Part shown: one piece after another, positions 29,570 through 38,778 of the stretch | How the letters are laid out: every line of letters starts with the position of its first letter | Numbering within the stretch: position 1 is the first letter of the stretch | DNA from: a bacterium | GTDB lineage: Bacteria > Oederibacteriota > PGYV01 > Palsa-1178 | Direction of reading: 5' to 3' | NCBI GenBank assembly: GCA_037138355.1 | Contig: JBAXIL010000002.1 | Coordinates: 3,728 to 67,727, forward strand | Length of the DNA stretch: 64,000 bases | Program-made: the position numbers and the translations under genes | Notes under the pieces: model-generated | Databases searched by the model: none | Told to the model about the DNA's origin: nothing | What the model saw: only the letters and a program-made list of their open reading frames with translations

Positions 29570-31319
29570 CTATCTTTTCTTCCTTATTAAGTTTAAATTG
29601 TAAATTGTAAAGTTTTGTATAAACTCCGTTCTTTTTAATTAAGGAATCATGACTTCCTTCTTCAACTATAATATTATTATCTACCACTATTATATTTGCC
29701 GCATTTCTTACCGTAGAAAGCCTATGAGCTATCACAAAAGCTGTTCTGTTTTTCATTAGATTATTTATAGCTTCCTGTACGAGTATTTCTGATTCCGAAT
29801 CGAGCGAAGAAGTGGCTTCGTCAAGTATTAGGATTGGTGGATTTTTCAGAATAGCTCTGGCTATTGCCATTCTCTGCCTCTGACCACCAGAAAGTCTCAC
29901 GCCTCTATCTCCAATTAAAGTGTCATATTTTTCTGGCAGTTTTTCTATAAACTCTGAAGCATTAGCCGCACGCGCTGCCATTTCAACTTTACCCATATCA
30001 TTTGTCTCTAAACCATATGATATATTGTTTTTTATTGAGTCATTAAACAGTATGGTTTCCTGAGTAACTATACCTATAAGATTACGCAAAGACTCAATTT
30101 TAATATCTTTTATATCTATTCCGTCAATGGTAATAAGGCCTTTCTTAACATCATAAAATCTGGCAAGTAAATCCGCCAAAGTACTTTTGCCTGCCCCTGA
30201 AGGTCCAACGACGGCAAATATCTGTCCTTTATTTATTTTAAAGTTTACATCTCTTAAAACATCCTGACCTTCTACATAATTAAAACTAATATTTTTAAAT
30301 TCAACTGATGATTTGAATTCATTTAACTCTTTTGGAACTTCCGACTCTACTATTTCAGGTTTCGTGTCAAGAATAGTAAATATTCTTTCAGCTGCTGCCA
30401 AAGCCTGCTGTATAACATTATTAATATCATTTAATTTTTTAATCTGCGGATAAAGTGCCGTCAAGCCACCAACAAAGGCAAAGAATGTGCCCGCCGTAAG
30501 TTCGCCTTTAATTACTGCTGTTCCAGCCGCCCAAACAAGTACGGCAACGCCTATGGCACCAATTGACTCCATTACTGGAGAAGACATAATATATGCCCTT
30601 GTCCCCCTCATGGTATGGTCAAAAAGACTTGATAGTTCAGCATTAAATTTTTTACGCTCATAATTTTCCATGCCAAAAGCTTTTACTATTCGTATTCCAT
30701 TAAAAGTTTCATTTAAAATTGATGTTAAAGTTCCCATTTTCAGCTGTACATTTCCAGCAGCAGATTTTATTATTTTACCAAATTTTGATATCGGTAATAT
30801 GGCAATCGGAAAAATAACAATTGTAATTAAAGCAAATTTCCAGCTTAAGAAAAAAAGAAGCCCAACCAATCCAGCGATAGTTAGCACACTTCCAACTAAG
30901 CTCCCAAGCAGATTCGCAAGCGCTCCTTGCACCATTTGCACATCATTAGTGATTCTTGATATAAGAATTCCTATTTTTTGGTTATTAAAAAAGTTCATTG
31001 AAAGACCAGTTATATGTTCATAAAGCTGCTTTCTCATATTCAAAATAATTTTTGTTCCAACATAATTTATTAGATAACTTTGTATATAACCACATACTCC
31101 TTTAAAAACAAAAATAACTATTATGGCAACTGGAAGAATACTTATCCAATGTATGGCCTCGGTCTTATCAGGGTTTGCAAGAATTTTATCTATGACAGGC
31201 TTAATCACATACATAGATGCGGCCGTCAAACCAGATGTAAAAATCATGAAAATCATGGCCGTAATAACTCTGTCCATGTAGGGGCTCATGTATTTTAATA
31301 ATCTCTTGTAAGTATTCAT
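29553..31319 (-). CDS. msbA: lipid A export ABC transporter, fused permease/ATP-binding protein
   Basis: 588 aa: 6 TM helices plus an ABC domain with Walker A (GPSGAGKST), the signature LSGGQRQR and Walker B (ILILDEATS). Confidence 0.9.
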   Translation of the reverse strand: MNTYKRLLKYMSPYMDRVITAMIFMIFTSGLTAASMYVIKPVIDKILANPDKTEAIHWISILPVAIIVIFVFKGVCGYIQSYLINYVGTKIILNMRKQLYEHITGLSMNFFNNQKIGILISRITNDVQMVQGALANLLGSLVGSVLTIAGLVGLLFFLSWKFALITIVIFPIAILPISKFGKIIKSAAGNVQLKMGTLTSILNETFNGIRIVKAFGMENYERKKFNAELSSLFDHTMRGTRAYIMSSPVMESIGAIGVAVLVWAAGTAVIKGELTAGTFFAFVGGLTALYPQIKKLNDINNVIQQALAAAERIFTILDTKPEIVESEVPKELNEFKSSVEFKNISFNYVEGQDVLRDVNFKINKGQIFAVVGPSGAGKSTLADLLARFYDVKKGLITIDGIDIKDIKIESLRNLIGIVTQETILFNDSIKNNISYGLETNDMGKVEMAARAANASEFIEKLPEKYDTLIGDRGVRLSGGQRQRMAIARAILKNPPILILDEATSSLDSESEILVQEAINNLMKNRTAFVIAHRLSTVRNAANIIVVDNNIIVEEGSHDSLIKKNGVYTKLYNLQFKLNKEEKIDEIQK

Positions 31320-31399
31320 TTTTCTCCTTTAAACAATGGTTAAAGATTAAGTTTTCCTGATTTGCTTCCGATGAAACTTAATGAAACAAAAGATATGTT

Positions 31400-31428
31400 A
31401 TTTTAGACGATTTTAGCAGGTAGGTCAA
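31400..31428 (-). promoter_or_regulatory. candidate sigma70 promoter for msbA (TTGACC-N17-TAAAAT)
   Basis: On the minus strand the -35 is at 31423-31428 and the -10 at 31400-31405. Confidence 0.4.
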
Positions 31429-31521
31429 GGTAAAATATAGACAGCAATTTTTCCATACTTATAAGTAAAAACTTCAAAAAAGTGAATAGTTCTTGTCAAT
31501 ATTTCCTTAATAATGTGATAT

Positions 31522-32235
31522 TTAATTGCCTTTAATTTGCTTAATAAGTTCTGAATCCTCTGGTATATCAACTGAAACTTCTTCTCCAGTGTTTGTCCCA
31601 ATATACTTCACTGAGGCCGCTAAAAGCGCAGGAAAGATTTTCCTTAGTTCTTTAATTCTGCCTGAAGCTGCAATAGAGGTTTTCCATACTTCCTGCAATT
31701 TCTCTCCAGGCTTACCATTTTTAGCATTGAAGGCATCTATAATAATGTATTTTTTATAAGAAGTATATTCACCTATTTGACTGGCAAAACCAGTCACACC
31801 ATATTGAGGTTGCACAGAAGTTATGGAATATTGATTGGTGCCTGTATTATCAGAATTATTGGTCTGACTCGACTGCGTATATATATCCACTCCAGTTTGT
31901 CCCCATACAGGAGTGGAATATGAATAAGTATGTGTTTCTGGATCTCCCACTCCGTATGAAAGATATATTTCCAGTTCTGCATGTTTTGCTGCACTTGCCA
32001 AAACAAAGCCTTGCATAGACATAGTTTTAACAAGTAATCCAGCAAATTCTTTAAACTGAAGGTCAGTTGCACTTATGTCTTTATTACCTGGCAATATTTG
32101 ATAAATTTTACTACTTACAGCAGTCATATCGCTAATGGAATCAATTTGAACATGATATGCTCTCACACATCCAGATACAGTAAATAAAATAACAAATAAA
32201 ATCCCAGCAAAAAGTGAATGCTTGTATAAATGCAT
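31522..32235 (-). CDS. hypothetical lipoprotein
   Basis: 237 aa with a signal peptide and lipobox (TVSGC). No clear family. Confidence 0.6.
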   Translation of the reverse strand: MHLYKHSLFAGILFVILFTVSGCVRAYHVQIDSISDMTAVSSKIYQILPGNKDISATDLQFKEFAGLLVKTMSMQGFVLASAAKHAELEIYLSYGVGDPETHTYSYSTPVWGQTGVDIYTQSSQTNNSDNTGTNQYSITSVQPQYGVTGFASQIGEYTSYKKYIIIDAFNAKNGKPGEKLQEVWKTSIAASGRIKELRKIFPALLAASVKYIGTNTGEEVSVDIPEDSELIKQIKGN

Positions 32236-32286
32236 TTGAACTCCTTTTCTTAAAATAGAATATCATTCAAAAACTTATCTTTTTTT

Positions 32287-32817
32287 TTAATAATGCAGCA
32301 TTGAATAAACTTTATGCGGTTTCAGTTTTTCATTTCCTTTTAAGAAATCAAGCTCAATAATAAAAGCAAATTCAACTATTTTTCCACCACATTTATCAAC
32401 CAACTTAGCTACAGCTCCAGCAGTGCCACCTGTAGCTAAAACATCATCTATAACTAACACTTTTTCGCCTTTACCTATGGCATCCTTATGTATTTCAAGC
32501 GAGTCAGTGCCGTACTCAAGAGCATACTCTTGTTTGTAAACTGGCCTTGGTAATTTCCCTGGCTTGCGCACTGGAACAAGCGAAGCCCCTAACTTATACG
32601 CAAGCGGTGCCCCAAGCAAAAAACCTCGTGCTTCTACACTCACAACTGTATCTATACCTTTATTTTTATACCTTTTAGCCAAAAAATCTATTAATTTTTT
32701 AAACGATTCTTTATCTTTAAAAAGCGGTGTTAAATCCTTAAAAATAATTCCTTTTTTGGGGAAATCTGGTACATCTAAAACAATTTTTCTCAATTTTTTT
32801 TCCATAACGCTCTCCAT
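32287..32817 (-). CDS. apt: adenine phosphoribosyltransferase
   Basis: PRTase motif VLVIDDVLATGGT and N-terminal DVPDFPKKGIIFKD. The true start may be the MEKKL at 32805. Confidence 0.9.
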   Translation of the reverse strand: MESVMEKKLRKIVLDVPDFPKKGIIFKDLTPLFKDKESFKKLIDFLAKRYKNKGIDTVVSVEARGFLLGAPLAYKLGASLVPVRKPGKLPRPVYKQEYALEYGTDSLEIHKDAIGKGEKVLVIDDVLATGGTAGAVAKLVDKCGGKIVEFAFIIELDFLKGNEKLKPHKVYSMLHY

Positions 32818-32826
32818 TTTTTGTAT

Positions 32827-33891
32827 TTAATCTGAATTTTTTATGAGATTTTTTAATTTTTTAATTGCAATAACCTCTATCTGCCTAATCCTCTCCCTTG
32901 TTAACTTCAATTTCGCCCCAATTTCCTCAAGAGTATGAACATTTCTATTATTAATTCCAAATCTACTCATTATTACTTCCTGTTCCTTTGGCTTTAATTT
33001 AGAAACTAATTCTAATATTTTTTCATTTTTATCTTTTTCAAAAAAGTCATCGTCTGGTTTAATGATAGATAGATTTTCCGTAGTATCTTTTAAGCTTCTC
33101 GTATTATCAGAATCTTCATTTTCATACTCCATATCAAGAGATTTAGGAGTTTTTACAATATTTAGAATCTCATATAGTTTAAGAGGTTCTATCCCGAGTT
33201 TTTTTGCCACATCCTCTTTTTCAGGAAAACGACCTGTATCTTTTATCTCTTTTTCTATTAATTTCAAATACTTATGATATATATCCAGTATATGTACTGG
33301 TATTCTTATTGTATTTTTTTGGTTAGCTATGGCACGATTTACTGACTGTTTTATCCACCAAGTTGCATAAGTCGAGAATCTAAAGCCAAAAGCTGGTTTA
33401 AACTTTTCTAAAGCTTTCATTAAACCTATGTTTCCTTCTTCTATGAGGTCTATGATAGGAACACCTAAATAGTCATACCGTCTTGCAATTTTAACAACAA
33501 GTTTAAGATTTGCCCTTATTACTTTTTCTCTCGCTGGGACATTACCACTTTGTGCTTTTTTTATATAATCTTTTTCCTCAGCTTGAGTCAATATTTTTTC
33601 TTTCCTTATATCTTCAAAATATAGCATTAATGAATCTTTGGATGCCAGACCTCTTTTTTCCTCAACAATCTCATCTTTTACATCTTTGTCTGTTTCTGGT
33701 TCTTCCACATCATTTTTAATCATATCGTTTATAATCTCAATATCTTCATCTTTAATATTTTCAGTTACATCTTTGTTGACCAAAAGTTTTTTTAATTGAG
33801 GCGTAGTTTTAGTTTGCAACTGCTTCTTGGTGATATTTTTTTTCATGGTTGTTTTTACAACACTTTTCTTTTTAGTCATATTTTTTTTCAT
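32827..33891 (-). CDS. RNA polymerase sigma factor, sigma-70 family (RpoD/RpoS-like) with Lys-rich then acidic N-terminal region
   Basis: Region 2 is LIEEGNIGLMKALEKFKPAFGFRFSTYATWWIKQ, region 3 contains NTIRIPVH, and region 4.2 is LEEIGAKLKLTRERIRQIE. The first 100 aa are low complexity. Confidence 0.85.
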   Translation of the reverse strand: MKKNMTKKKSVVKTTMKKNITKKQLQTKTTPQLKKLLVNKDVTENIKDEDIEIINDMIKNDVEEPETDKDVKDEIVEEKRGLASKDSLMLYFEDIRKEKILTQAEEKDYIKKAQSGNVPAREKVIRANLKLVVKIARRYDYLGVPIIDLIEEGNIGLMKALEKFKPAFGFRFSTYATWWIKQSVNRAIANQKNTIRIPVHILDIYHKYLKLIEKEIKDTGRFPEKEDVAKKLGIEPLKLYEILNIVKTPKSLDMEYENEDSDNTRSLKDTTENLSIIKPDDDFFEKDKNEKILELVSKLKPKEQEVIMSRFGINNRNVHTLEEIGAKLKLTRERIRQIEVIAIKKLKNLIKNSD

Positions 33892-33898
33892 AACACCC

Positions 33899-34189
33899 TC
33901 AATAGCCCGGATAGTGTAATATCATAAATTCGCTATTGTTTGTCTTTGCCGGGATTTCATTTTTAATTATTGTATCTACAACATAAAAGTCACTTGGTTC
34001 TGTGATTTTGTTTATAAACTCATCAATCAAAATTTTATTTCCAAATACTTCAACTTCAACACTTCTATTAGGCAAATTCATAACAGAACCAGTCAAGCCC
34101 AAAGCTGTTGCAACTTCTTGGCAATAAGATCTGTAACCAACTCCCTGTACTGTCCCTGTAATCATTATTTGATAACCTATTTGTTTCAT
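33899..34189 (-). CDS. acyP: acylphosphatase
   Basis: 96 aa with ITGTVQGVGYR, the acylphosphatase signature 1. Confidence 0.8.
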   Translation of the reverse strand: MKQIGYQIMITGTVQGVGYRSYCQEVATALGLTGSVMNLPNRSVEVEVFGNKILIDEFINKITEPSDFYVVDTIIKNEIPAKTNNSEFMILHYPGY

Positions 34190-34234
34190 TTATGGGCACC
34201 TCAAAAATATTTGAGATTTACAATCCATATAGAA

Positions 34235-34954
34235 CTATTGCAGATAAGTAATACCAAATACAAAATAATTACTTATAAATGTCCCCATTTCTTTAGCCTG
34301 TGAAATCTTTTCAATTCCTCTTATGGAAAAATCAACACTCAAATTCTGATTGAAGCTTATTTTAACTCCTGCATTAAATGTACTTTTATCATATTCAAGC
34401 ATAACAAGTACGGTATCAGCCACAACAGTTGATACATTCGCAGCAAACCCCCAATCAGAAAGACTTGAATTTCCAACAGCGAGCTGTTTTTTAACGCCTA
34501 ATGTAATATCCGTGTCCCACAACTTTTTTGAAACAGCTGCATATAGCTTATAATCCTCATGATTAATATTCTGAATAATATTTACTGGCAGTTTTTCTAA
34601 TCCTGCTGCCACGCTCACAAAATATTTGTCTTCATTTAAAATTTTTGCTTTTGCATTAAATGATAGTGTTTTTAATATTTCAATAAAAGCCGAAGAAATC
34701 CCAAAATCAATAGAAGTTCCTGCTTCAAAAATATCAAAAACTCCATAATTGAATTTTAGTATGAACTTGTGAAGTCCTATGCTATATCTTCCATTTTCCA
34801 AAATATATGCTGACTGATTATTAATAAAACCACCACAACCATTTATTGAAGGAGCCACTAAAAAATGATCAACATCTACAGTTGACGAAAAAGCTGCAGA
34901 AAAGAAGAATGTAAAAAGCAGAACAAAAATCAATGTTAATTTTCTAAAATTCAC
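34235..34954 (-). CDS. hypothetical secreted protein (GTG start)
   Basis: 239 aa. GAGGAG lies 6 nt upstream of the GTG. It has a signal peptide and is beta-rich. No family recognised. Confidence 0.55.
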   Translation of the reverse strand: MNFRKLTLIFVLLFTFFFSAAFSSTVDVDHFLVAPSINGCGGFINNQSAYILENGRYSIGLHKFILKFNYGVFDIFEAGTSIDFGISSAFIEILKTLSFNAKAKILNEDKYFVSVAAGLEKLPVNIIQNINHEDYKLYAAVSKKLWDTDITLGVKKQLAVGNSSLSDWGFAANVSTVVADTVLVMLEYDKSTFNAGVKISFNQNLSVDFSIRGIEKISQAKEMGTFISNYFVFGITYLQ

Positions 34955-34975
34955 AACATTCTCCTCTATTTATTA

Positions 34976-35052
34976 TGGTCGGGGTGACTGGTCTCGAACC
35001 AGCGACCTCTCGCACCCCAAGCGAGTGCGCTAGCCAACTGCGCTACACCCCG
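34976..35052 (-). tRNA. tRNA-Pro (anticodon GGG), 77 nt with encoded CCA
   Basis: On the minus strand it reads CGGGGTG-TA-GCGC-AGTTGGCTA-GCGC-A-CTCGC-TTGGGGT-GCGAG-AGGTC-GCTGG-TTCGAGA-CCAGT-CACCCCG-A-CCA. The cloverleaf folds, with C1-G72, G37, the T-loop TTCGAGA and GGG at anticodon positions 34-36. Confidence 0.9.
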
Positions 35053-35201
35053 CCTCATTAATTTATTTTCAATTTTAATCGGGCGTGTGTCCATATAAAC
35101 CTATAATACCATTTCCTTAATATTGTTTATAGGGGCTACACCCCGTTACCTTATTATATTTCAATTCAAAACGGCGTGTGTCCGTATCAACCAATAATAC
35201 T
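35042..35201. repeat. tandem imperfect duplication (about 68 bp twice) of the tRNA-Pro 5' end plus upstream region
   Basis: Copy A (35042-35110) and copy B (35135-35201) share about 75-80% identity. Each begins with GCTACACCCCG, which is the first 11 nt of the tRNA in antisense. Both contain GGCGTGTGTCC and a TAAAAT or TATAAT-like -10 element. Confidence 0.7.
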
Positions 35202-35218
35202 ACTTCAAAACAATACTT

Positions 35219-35575
35219 CTAATTTTCCAACATATGCAAAGCTTCTATAATTTCTTTTCTTATATCTTTGAGCTTATCTGTTGTCAATTTTTCTTCTACT
35301 CCAAAAAGTTCCATTTGCTGTCCATCAATTTCTGCTAAAACTTCCTTTAATCTTTTTTGTGCGCCGCTTATCTTAAACTCATCATTATAGAGAAGCTTTT
35401 TAATAATAAAAACCATATCAATATCTGTTTTTGTGTATTTTCTTTGACCAACCCTATTTTTAATAGGATGAAGTTCTTCGAAATTCTGCTCCCAAAATCT
35501 AATTACCGACTCTCTAACTCCAGTTAATTGTGCCACTTCGCGTATTGGATAGTACTTTTTGTCTTTTACATCCAT
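35219..35575 (-). CDS. MerR-family transcriptional regulator
   Basis: 118 aa with the HTH YPIREVAQLTGVRESVIRFWEQ and a coiled-coil C-terminus. It has no metal-binding Cys, so it is a non-metal MerR-type regulator. Confidence 0.8.
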   Translation of the reverse strand: MDVKDKKYYPIREVAQLTGVRESVIRFWEQNFEELHPIKNRVGQRKYTKTDIDMVFIIKKLLYNDEFKISGAQKRLKEVLAEIDGQQMELFGVEEKLTTDKLKDIRKEIIEALHMLEN

Positions 35576-35624
35576 TAATTTGCTCCTTAAAAGCCCATCA
35601 CAAACAACTAGTGATTTAGGCCGT

Positions 35625-36626
35625 TTATATAAGAAACTCTTTCTCGGATTTTGCCGGTCTATTCATCAAATCTCTCACTGAATCATGAGGTGATTTGTTT
35701 TCATATAGTGCTTTATAAACTTCATTACAAATAGGCATATCAACTTTATATTTTTTAGAAAGTTTGTAAATCGAAAGTGTAGATTTTACCCCTTCTGCCA
35801 CCATGACCATACCAGAAAGAATATCTTCAATTTTTTTACCAAGTCCAAGCTGTTCCCCCACAAACCTATTTCGCGAATGCTTGCTATTGCAAGTGACTAT
35901 CAAATCACCTATTCCAGATAGTCCAAAAAATGTATCCTCTTCAGCCCCCATAGCAACACCCAGGCGTCTCATCTCAGCCAGCCCTCTGGTTAAAAGTGCA
36001 GCTTTTGTATTGTCGCCAGTATTTAGTCCATCAAGTGTTCCTGCTGCTATTGCAATTACATTTTTTACAGAACCGCCTATTTCCACTCCCATAACATCAA
36101 TTCTGGTATAAGTTCTAAAATAATTTGTAATGAACATCGCCTGTATAATATCTGCAAGTTTTTTATCCTTAGATGCGACTACCACTGTGGTAGGAACACG
36201 ACGGCCTACCTCTTCTGCGTGCGAAGGCCCAGATAATACAGCAGTTTTTACTTTTCCCAGTTCATCCTTGATTACCTGCGTCATAGTCATAAGCGTCTCT
36301 TGTTCTATACCTTTTATAACACTAATATAAACTTTCTTTTTAAAATCAAGTTTTTTAATATTTTTAAGCAATGACCTTAATATATGTGATGGTATAGCAA
36401 GAACTATATAATCCGAAGCTTCAAGGGCTTCTTTTAAGTCCGAAGTAATCTTAATAGTTGATGGTATTTTTACGCCTTTCAAGAATTTTATATTCTCTTT
36501 CTTTTCATTAAGAATTTTTGCATAGTCCTCAAAAAATTCCCAAAGTATGACCTCATTATTTCTTTCACTTAAAAGAACAGCTAAAGCTGTTCCCCATCCA
36601 CCTGCGCCAAGAACAGATACCTTCAT
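35625..36626 (-). CDS. gpsA: NAD(P)H-dependent glycerol-3-phosphate dehydrogenase
   Basis: 333 aa with MKVSVLGAGGWGTALAVLL, the GpsA family signature. Confidence 0.92.
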   Translation of the reverse strand: MKVSVLGAGGWGTALAVLLSERNNEVILWEFFEDYAKILNEKKENIKFLKGVKIPSTIKITSDLKEALEASDYIVLAIPSHILRSLLKNIKKLDFKKKVYISVIKGIEQETLMTMTQVIKDELGKVKTAVLSGPSHAEEVGRRVPTTVVVASKDKKLADIIQAMFITNYFRTYTRIDVMGVEIGGSVKNVIAIAAGTLDGLNTGDNTKAALLTRGLAEMRRLGVAMGAEEDTFFGLSGIGDLIVTCNSKHSRNRFVGEQLGLGKKIEDILSGMVMVAEGVKSTLSIYKLSKKYKVDMPICNEVYKALYENKSPHDSVRDLMNRPAKSEKEFLI

Positions 36627-37261
36627 TTTTTTTCTTCCTTTTCTGAAATCGGTTTAAATTCAAACTTGTTTTCAGTTCCTTCAATCAGCCTTTTTATATT
36701 TGCCTTATGTTTATATATCACAAAAGTAGCAAGTGCCACTGCTAATAAAATCACGAGATTCAAGTAACCGCCTTCTCCAAAAATAAATATAAATACAGGC
36801 AGCAAAAATGAACAAAGGATAGAACCTAAAGATATGTATTTGAAAAAATATAATAGGATTGAAAAAACAACAAGATCTGCAAAAACCGAATATGGAGCAA
36901 GTGCTAAAAATACTCCAAGAGCCGTTGCCACACCCTTGCCACCTTTAAAATTAAGAAAAATAGTAAAAGTATGACCCAATACCGCTGAAGCTGCAGCTAT
37001 CAAAACAACTCCAGGATATCTAACTCCAAATAACTTATCAATCACAATAAGTGGTATATATCCTTTCAAGGCATCAAGTAATAGTACCCACAAAAAGCCC
37101 TTCATACCAAGCACACGCTGAACATTGGTAGCTCCGATATTACCGCTACCTACCGTTCTAACATCTATGCCTTTTGTATATTTAACCAATAGATATCCTG
37201 ACGGAATTGAGCCAATTATATACGGAACGATAAGCGCTGTTAATATTGCAATAAAAATCAT
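36623..37261 (-). CDS. plsY: glycerol-3-phosphate acyltransferase (acyl-phosphate dependent)
   Basis: 212 aa membrane protein with GSGNIGATNV, the PlsY motif. Confidence 0.9.
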   Translation of the reverse strand: MIFIAILTALIVPYIIGSIPSGYLLVKYTKGIDVRTVGSGNIGATNVQRVLGMKGFLWVLLLDALKGYIPLIVIDKLFGVRYPGVVLIAAASAVLGHTFTIFLNFKGGKGVATALGVFLALAPYSVFADLVVFSILLYFFKYISLGSILCSFLLPVFIFIFGEGGYLNLVILLAVALATFVIYKHKANIKRLIEGTENKFEFKPISEKEEKK

Positions 37262-37283
37262 AGTGCTTGCCTCCTAAAAACTT

Positions 37284-38618
37284 TTATTTTTCTTCTTGTT
37301 TCACTTTTGTTTTAATTTTAAGCCTTATTGGTGCGCCTTCAAAACCAAAGGTCGCCCTCAAACTATTTTCCAAGTATCTGGTATAGGACACATGAAGTTT
37401 TTCTTTTTTATTAACAAATACCGCAAATGTAGGAGGTGCTGTTTCAACCTGAGATAAATAATACACTTTGACATCTCCCTTTTTTGAAAAAGGAGCTTTT
37501 TCATGAACTGCCTGCTGAAACATTTTATTTAGAAGACCAGTTTTAACTCTAAAATTATACTGACTCTCAACATAAAATACAACTTCAATTAGCTTTTCAA
37601 GGCCTCTCTTCTCTTTTGCGGAAATAAATACCAAAGGTGCGTAGGATGCAAACTTCATTTCTTCACGAATATATTCAGTAAACTCAGTTCTCATACTTTC
37701 TCTTTTTTCATAAGGAATCAAATCCCACTTATTTGCAGCAATTAAAACCGCCTTATAATTTGCTGCCGCATAGCCGAGAATTTTTTTATCAGTTTCTGTA
37801 ACGCCCATAGTACAATCAAGCACCAGTATTACCATGTCTCCGCGCTTTATATTCATGAAAGCTCTGCCTATGGAATATGCTTCAACTTTTTTCTTTATGT
37901 TCTTTCTTTTCTTGACTCCTGCCGTATCAATAAGAAGCAATTTTTTTCCTTCTATTTCAACAAGAGTATCTATAGAATCCCTTGTTGTGCCAGGAATATC
38001 AGTAACTATGGAACGCTCTTCTTTAACCAAAGCATTAAAAAGAGATGACTTCCCAACATTTTCCCTACCTAATATGGCTACCTTTGTAATTTTTTCTTCT
38101 ATTTCTTTATCTTTCACTGATGGAATCTGATCAGTAATAAAGTCAAGCAAATCATCTAATCCGTATGAATGTGCCGCAGAAGTTGGAAATACATGGTCAA
38201 CTCCAAGATTATAAAACTCATATACAAGTGATGCTTTTTCATGAGTATCTACCTTATTGGCAACCACTGCAAAATTCGTAGAATTACTCCTGATAAAATC
38301 AAAAACTTCCCTGTCTTCAGGAACTATGCCAGTAGTGGCATCCACAACAAAAAGCACTAAATCTACATCCTTTATAACTTCTTTAACTATTTTAATTACT
38401 TCATTTTTAATCAAATCAGCATCATTAAAAAGAAGCCCGCCTGTATCTACTACTGTAAACGATTTTCCCATCCATTCAGCTTCGCCATATATTTTATCAC
38501 GCGTAACGCCAGGAAAATCATCGACTATTGCTTTTTGTCTGTTTATCAATTTGTTGAATATTGACGATTTGCCAACATTCTCTCTGCCTGCAATTAACAC
38601 TGTAAAGTTTGTTTTCAT
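37284..38618 (-). CDS. der: ribosome-associated GTPase Der/EngA (tandem GTPase domains)
   Basis: 444 aa with two G domains (GRENVGKSSIFN and GRENVGKSSLFN) and a KH-like C-terminus. Confidence 0.92.
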   Translation of the reverse strand: MKTNFTVLIAGRENVGKSSIFNKLINRQKAIVDDFPGVTRDKIYGEAEWMGKSFTVVDTGGLLFNDADLIKNEVIKIVKEVIKDVDLVLFVVDATTGIVPEDREVFDFIRSNSTNFAVVANKVDTHEKASLVYEFYNLGVDHVFPTSAAHSYGLDDLLDFITDQIPSVKDKEIEEKITKVAILGRENVGKSSLFNALVKEERSIVTDIPGTTRDSIDTLVEIEGKKLLLIDTAGVKKRKNIKKKVEAYSIGRAFMNIKRGDMVILVLDCTMGVTETDKKILGYAAANYKAVLIAANKWDLIPYEKRESMRTEFTEYIREEMKFASYAPLVFISAKEKRGLEKLIEVVFYVESQYNFRVKTGLLNKMFQQAVHEKAPFSKKGDVKVYYLSQVETAPPTFAVFVNKKEKLHVSYTRYLENSLRATFGFEGAPIRLKIKTKVKQEEK

Positions 38619-38702
38619 AATACCCTTTCACAAATATAGTAATGCCAAAATACGTCAGTAAAGACGCTTAGTTAAGTATTATATGGCATAAATGATATAA
38701 AG

Positions 38703-38747
38703 CAAGAAAAAAAGGCATTAAATAAAGCAGTATATTCTGCTTTATTC
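38703..38747 (-). terminator. candidate rho-independent terminator downstream of the secretion ATPase gene
   Basis: In mRNA sense AUAAAGCAG-AAUAUA-CUGCUUUAU followed by UUAAUGCCUUUUUUUC. The U-tract is slightly displaced from the stem. Confidence 0.4.
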
Positions 38748-38778
38748 ATGTGGAGAATCAACATAACTATTAATTTGG

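Noticed and set aside
34976-35215. Integrated mobile element or genomic island at tRNA-Pro
   Set aside because: The duplicated segment is the tRNA 5' end and promoter rather than a 3'-end att site. The copies are adjacent with only a 24-bp gap, and no integrase, excisionase or phage genes flank the tRNA.
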